DNA from: a virus
Taxonomy: Duplodnaviria > Heunggongvirae > Uroviricota > Caudoviricetes
Strand: one strand, 5' to 3'
Length of the DNA stretch: 64,000 nt
IMG/VR virus record: IMGVR_UViG_3300021255_000114
Location: 231,942-295,941 of that record
Each line of letters opens with the position of its first letter. Within the stretch, counting starts at the first letter, position 1. Positions 63,976 to 64,000 of the stretch are shown here, one piece after another. Made by a program: the position numbers and the translations under genes. Below the pieces are notes generated by a model. The model was given only the letters and a program-made list of their open reading frames with translations. It searched no databases and was not told where the DNA came from.

Positions 63976-64000
63976 AATGTTTTCCTCGTCAAAATAGAAA

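Overview
This window reads as an accessory or early-gene region of a large phage (or phage-like element) infecting a Bacteroidota host. The host assignment rests on SPI and SPII signal peptides of the Bacteroidota type, a T9SS C-terminal sorting domain, and 19 copies of a promoter whose -7 box matches the Bacteroidetes TAnnTTTG consensus. Apart from one 5'-truncated plus-strand gene at the left edge, about 115 tightly packed genes lie on the minus strand, and many are small.

No capsid, terminase or tail genes are recognisable in the 64 kb.

The main result is a compact CRISPR-Cas locus of type I architecture carried by the element (34.6-42.6 kb):
- a Cas3 HD-helicase;
- a 12-repeat array of 36-bp repeats with 29-31 bp spacers;
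- a Cas6 with a glycine-rich loop;
- five divergent putative Cascade genes;
- no cas1, cas2 or cas4 anywhere in the window.

Other recognisable content:
- NAD+ salvage: NadV (Nampt) and NadE.
- RNA repair: a T4 Rnl2-like RNA ligase, a Thg1-like 3'-5' polymerase, and a protein with a KxDG ligase motif.
- Nucleotide and DNA modification candidates: a PurA/PurZ-family adenylosuccinate synthetase, a Dam-like N6-adenine methyltransferase, a radical-SAM protein, and a DUF262 (ParB/GmrSD N-terminal-like) protein.
- Secreted and membrane proteins: an SPFH/prohibitin protein, a T9SS-sorted protein, several lipoproteins, and a glucosaminidase-family endolysin-like gene.
- Paralog families: a six-member small-protein family, a three-member family, and a zinc-ribbon-repeat/endonuclease-fold pair.

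Non-coding structure:
- 21-bp iterons inside and upstream of an HTH gene (a putative origin or operator);
- GACACnnnnGTGTC operators downstream of stop codons;
- CACGTG palindromes;
- hairpin terminators placed directly upstream of promoters (terminator-promoter modules);
- a tRNA-like element with a long insertion in its anticodon loop.

All functional calls come from motif-level reading of the translations and sequence, with no database searches run.
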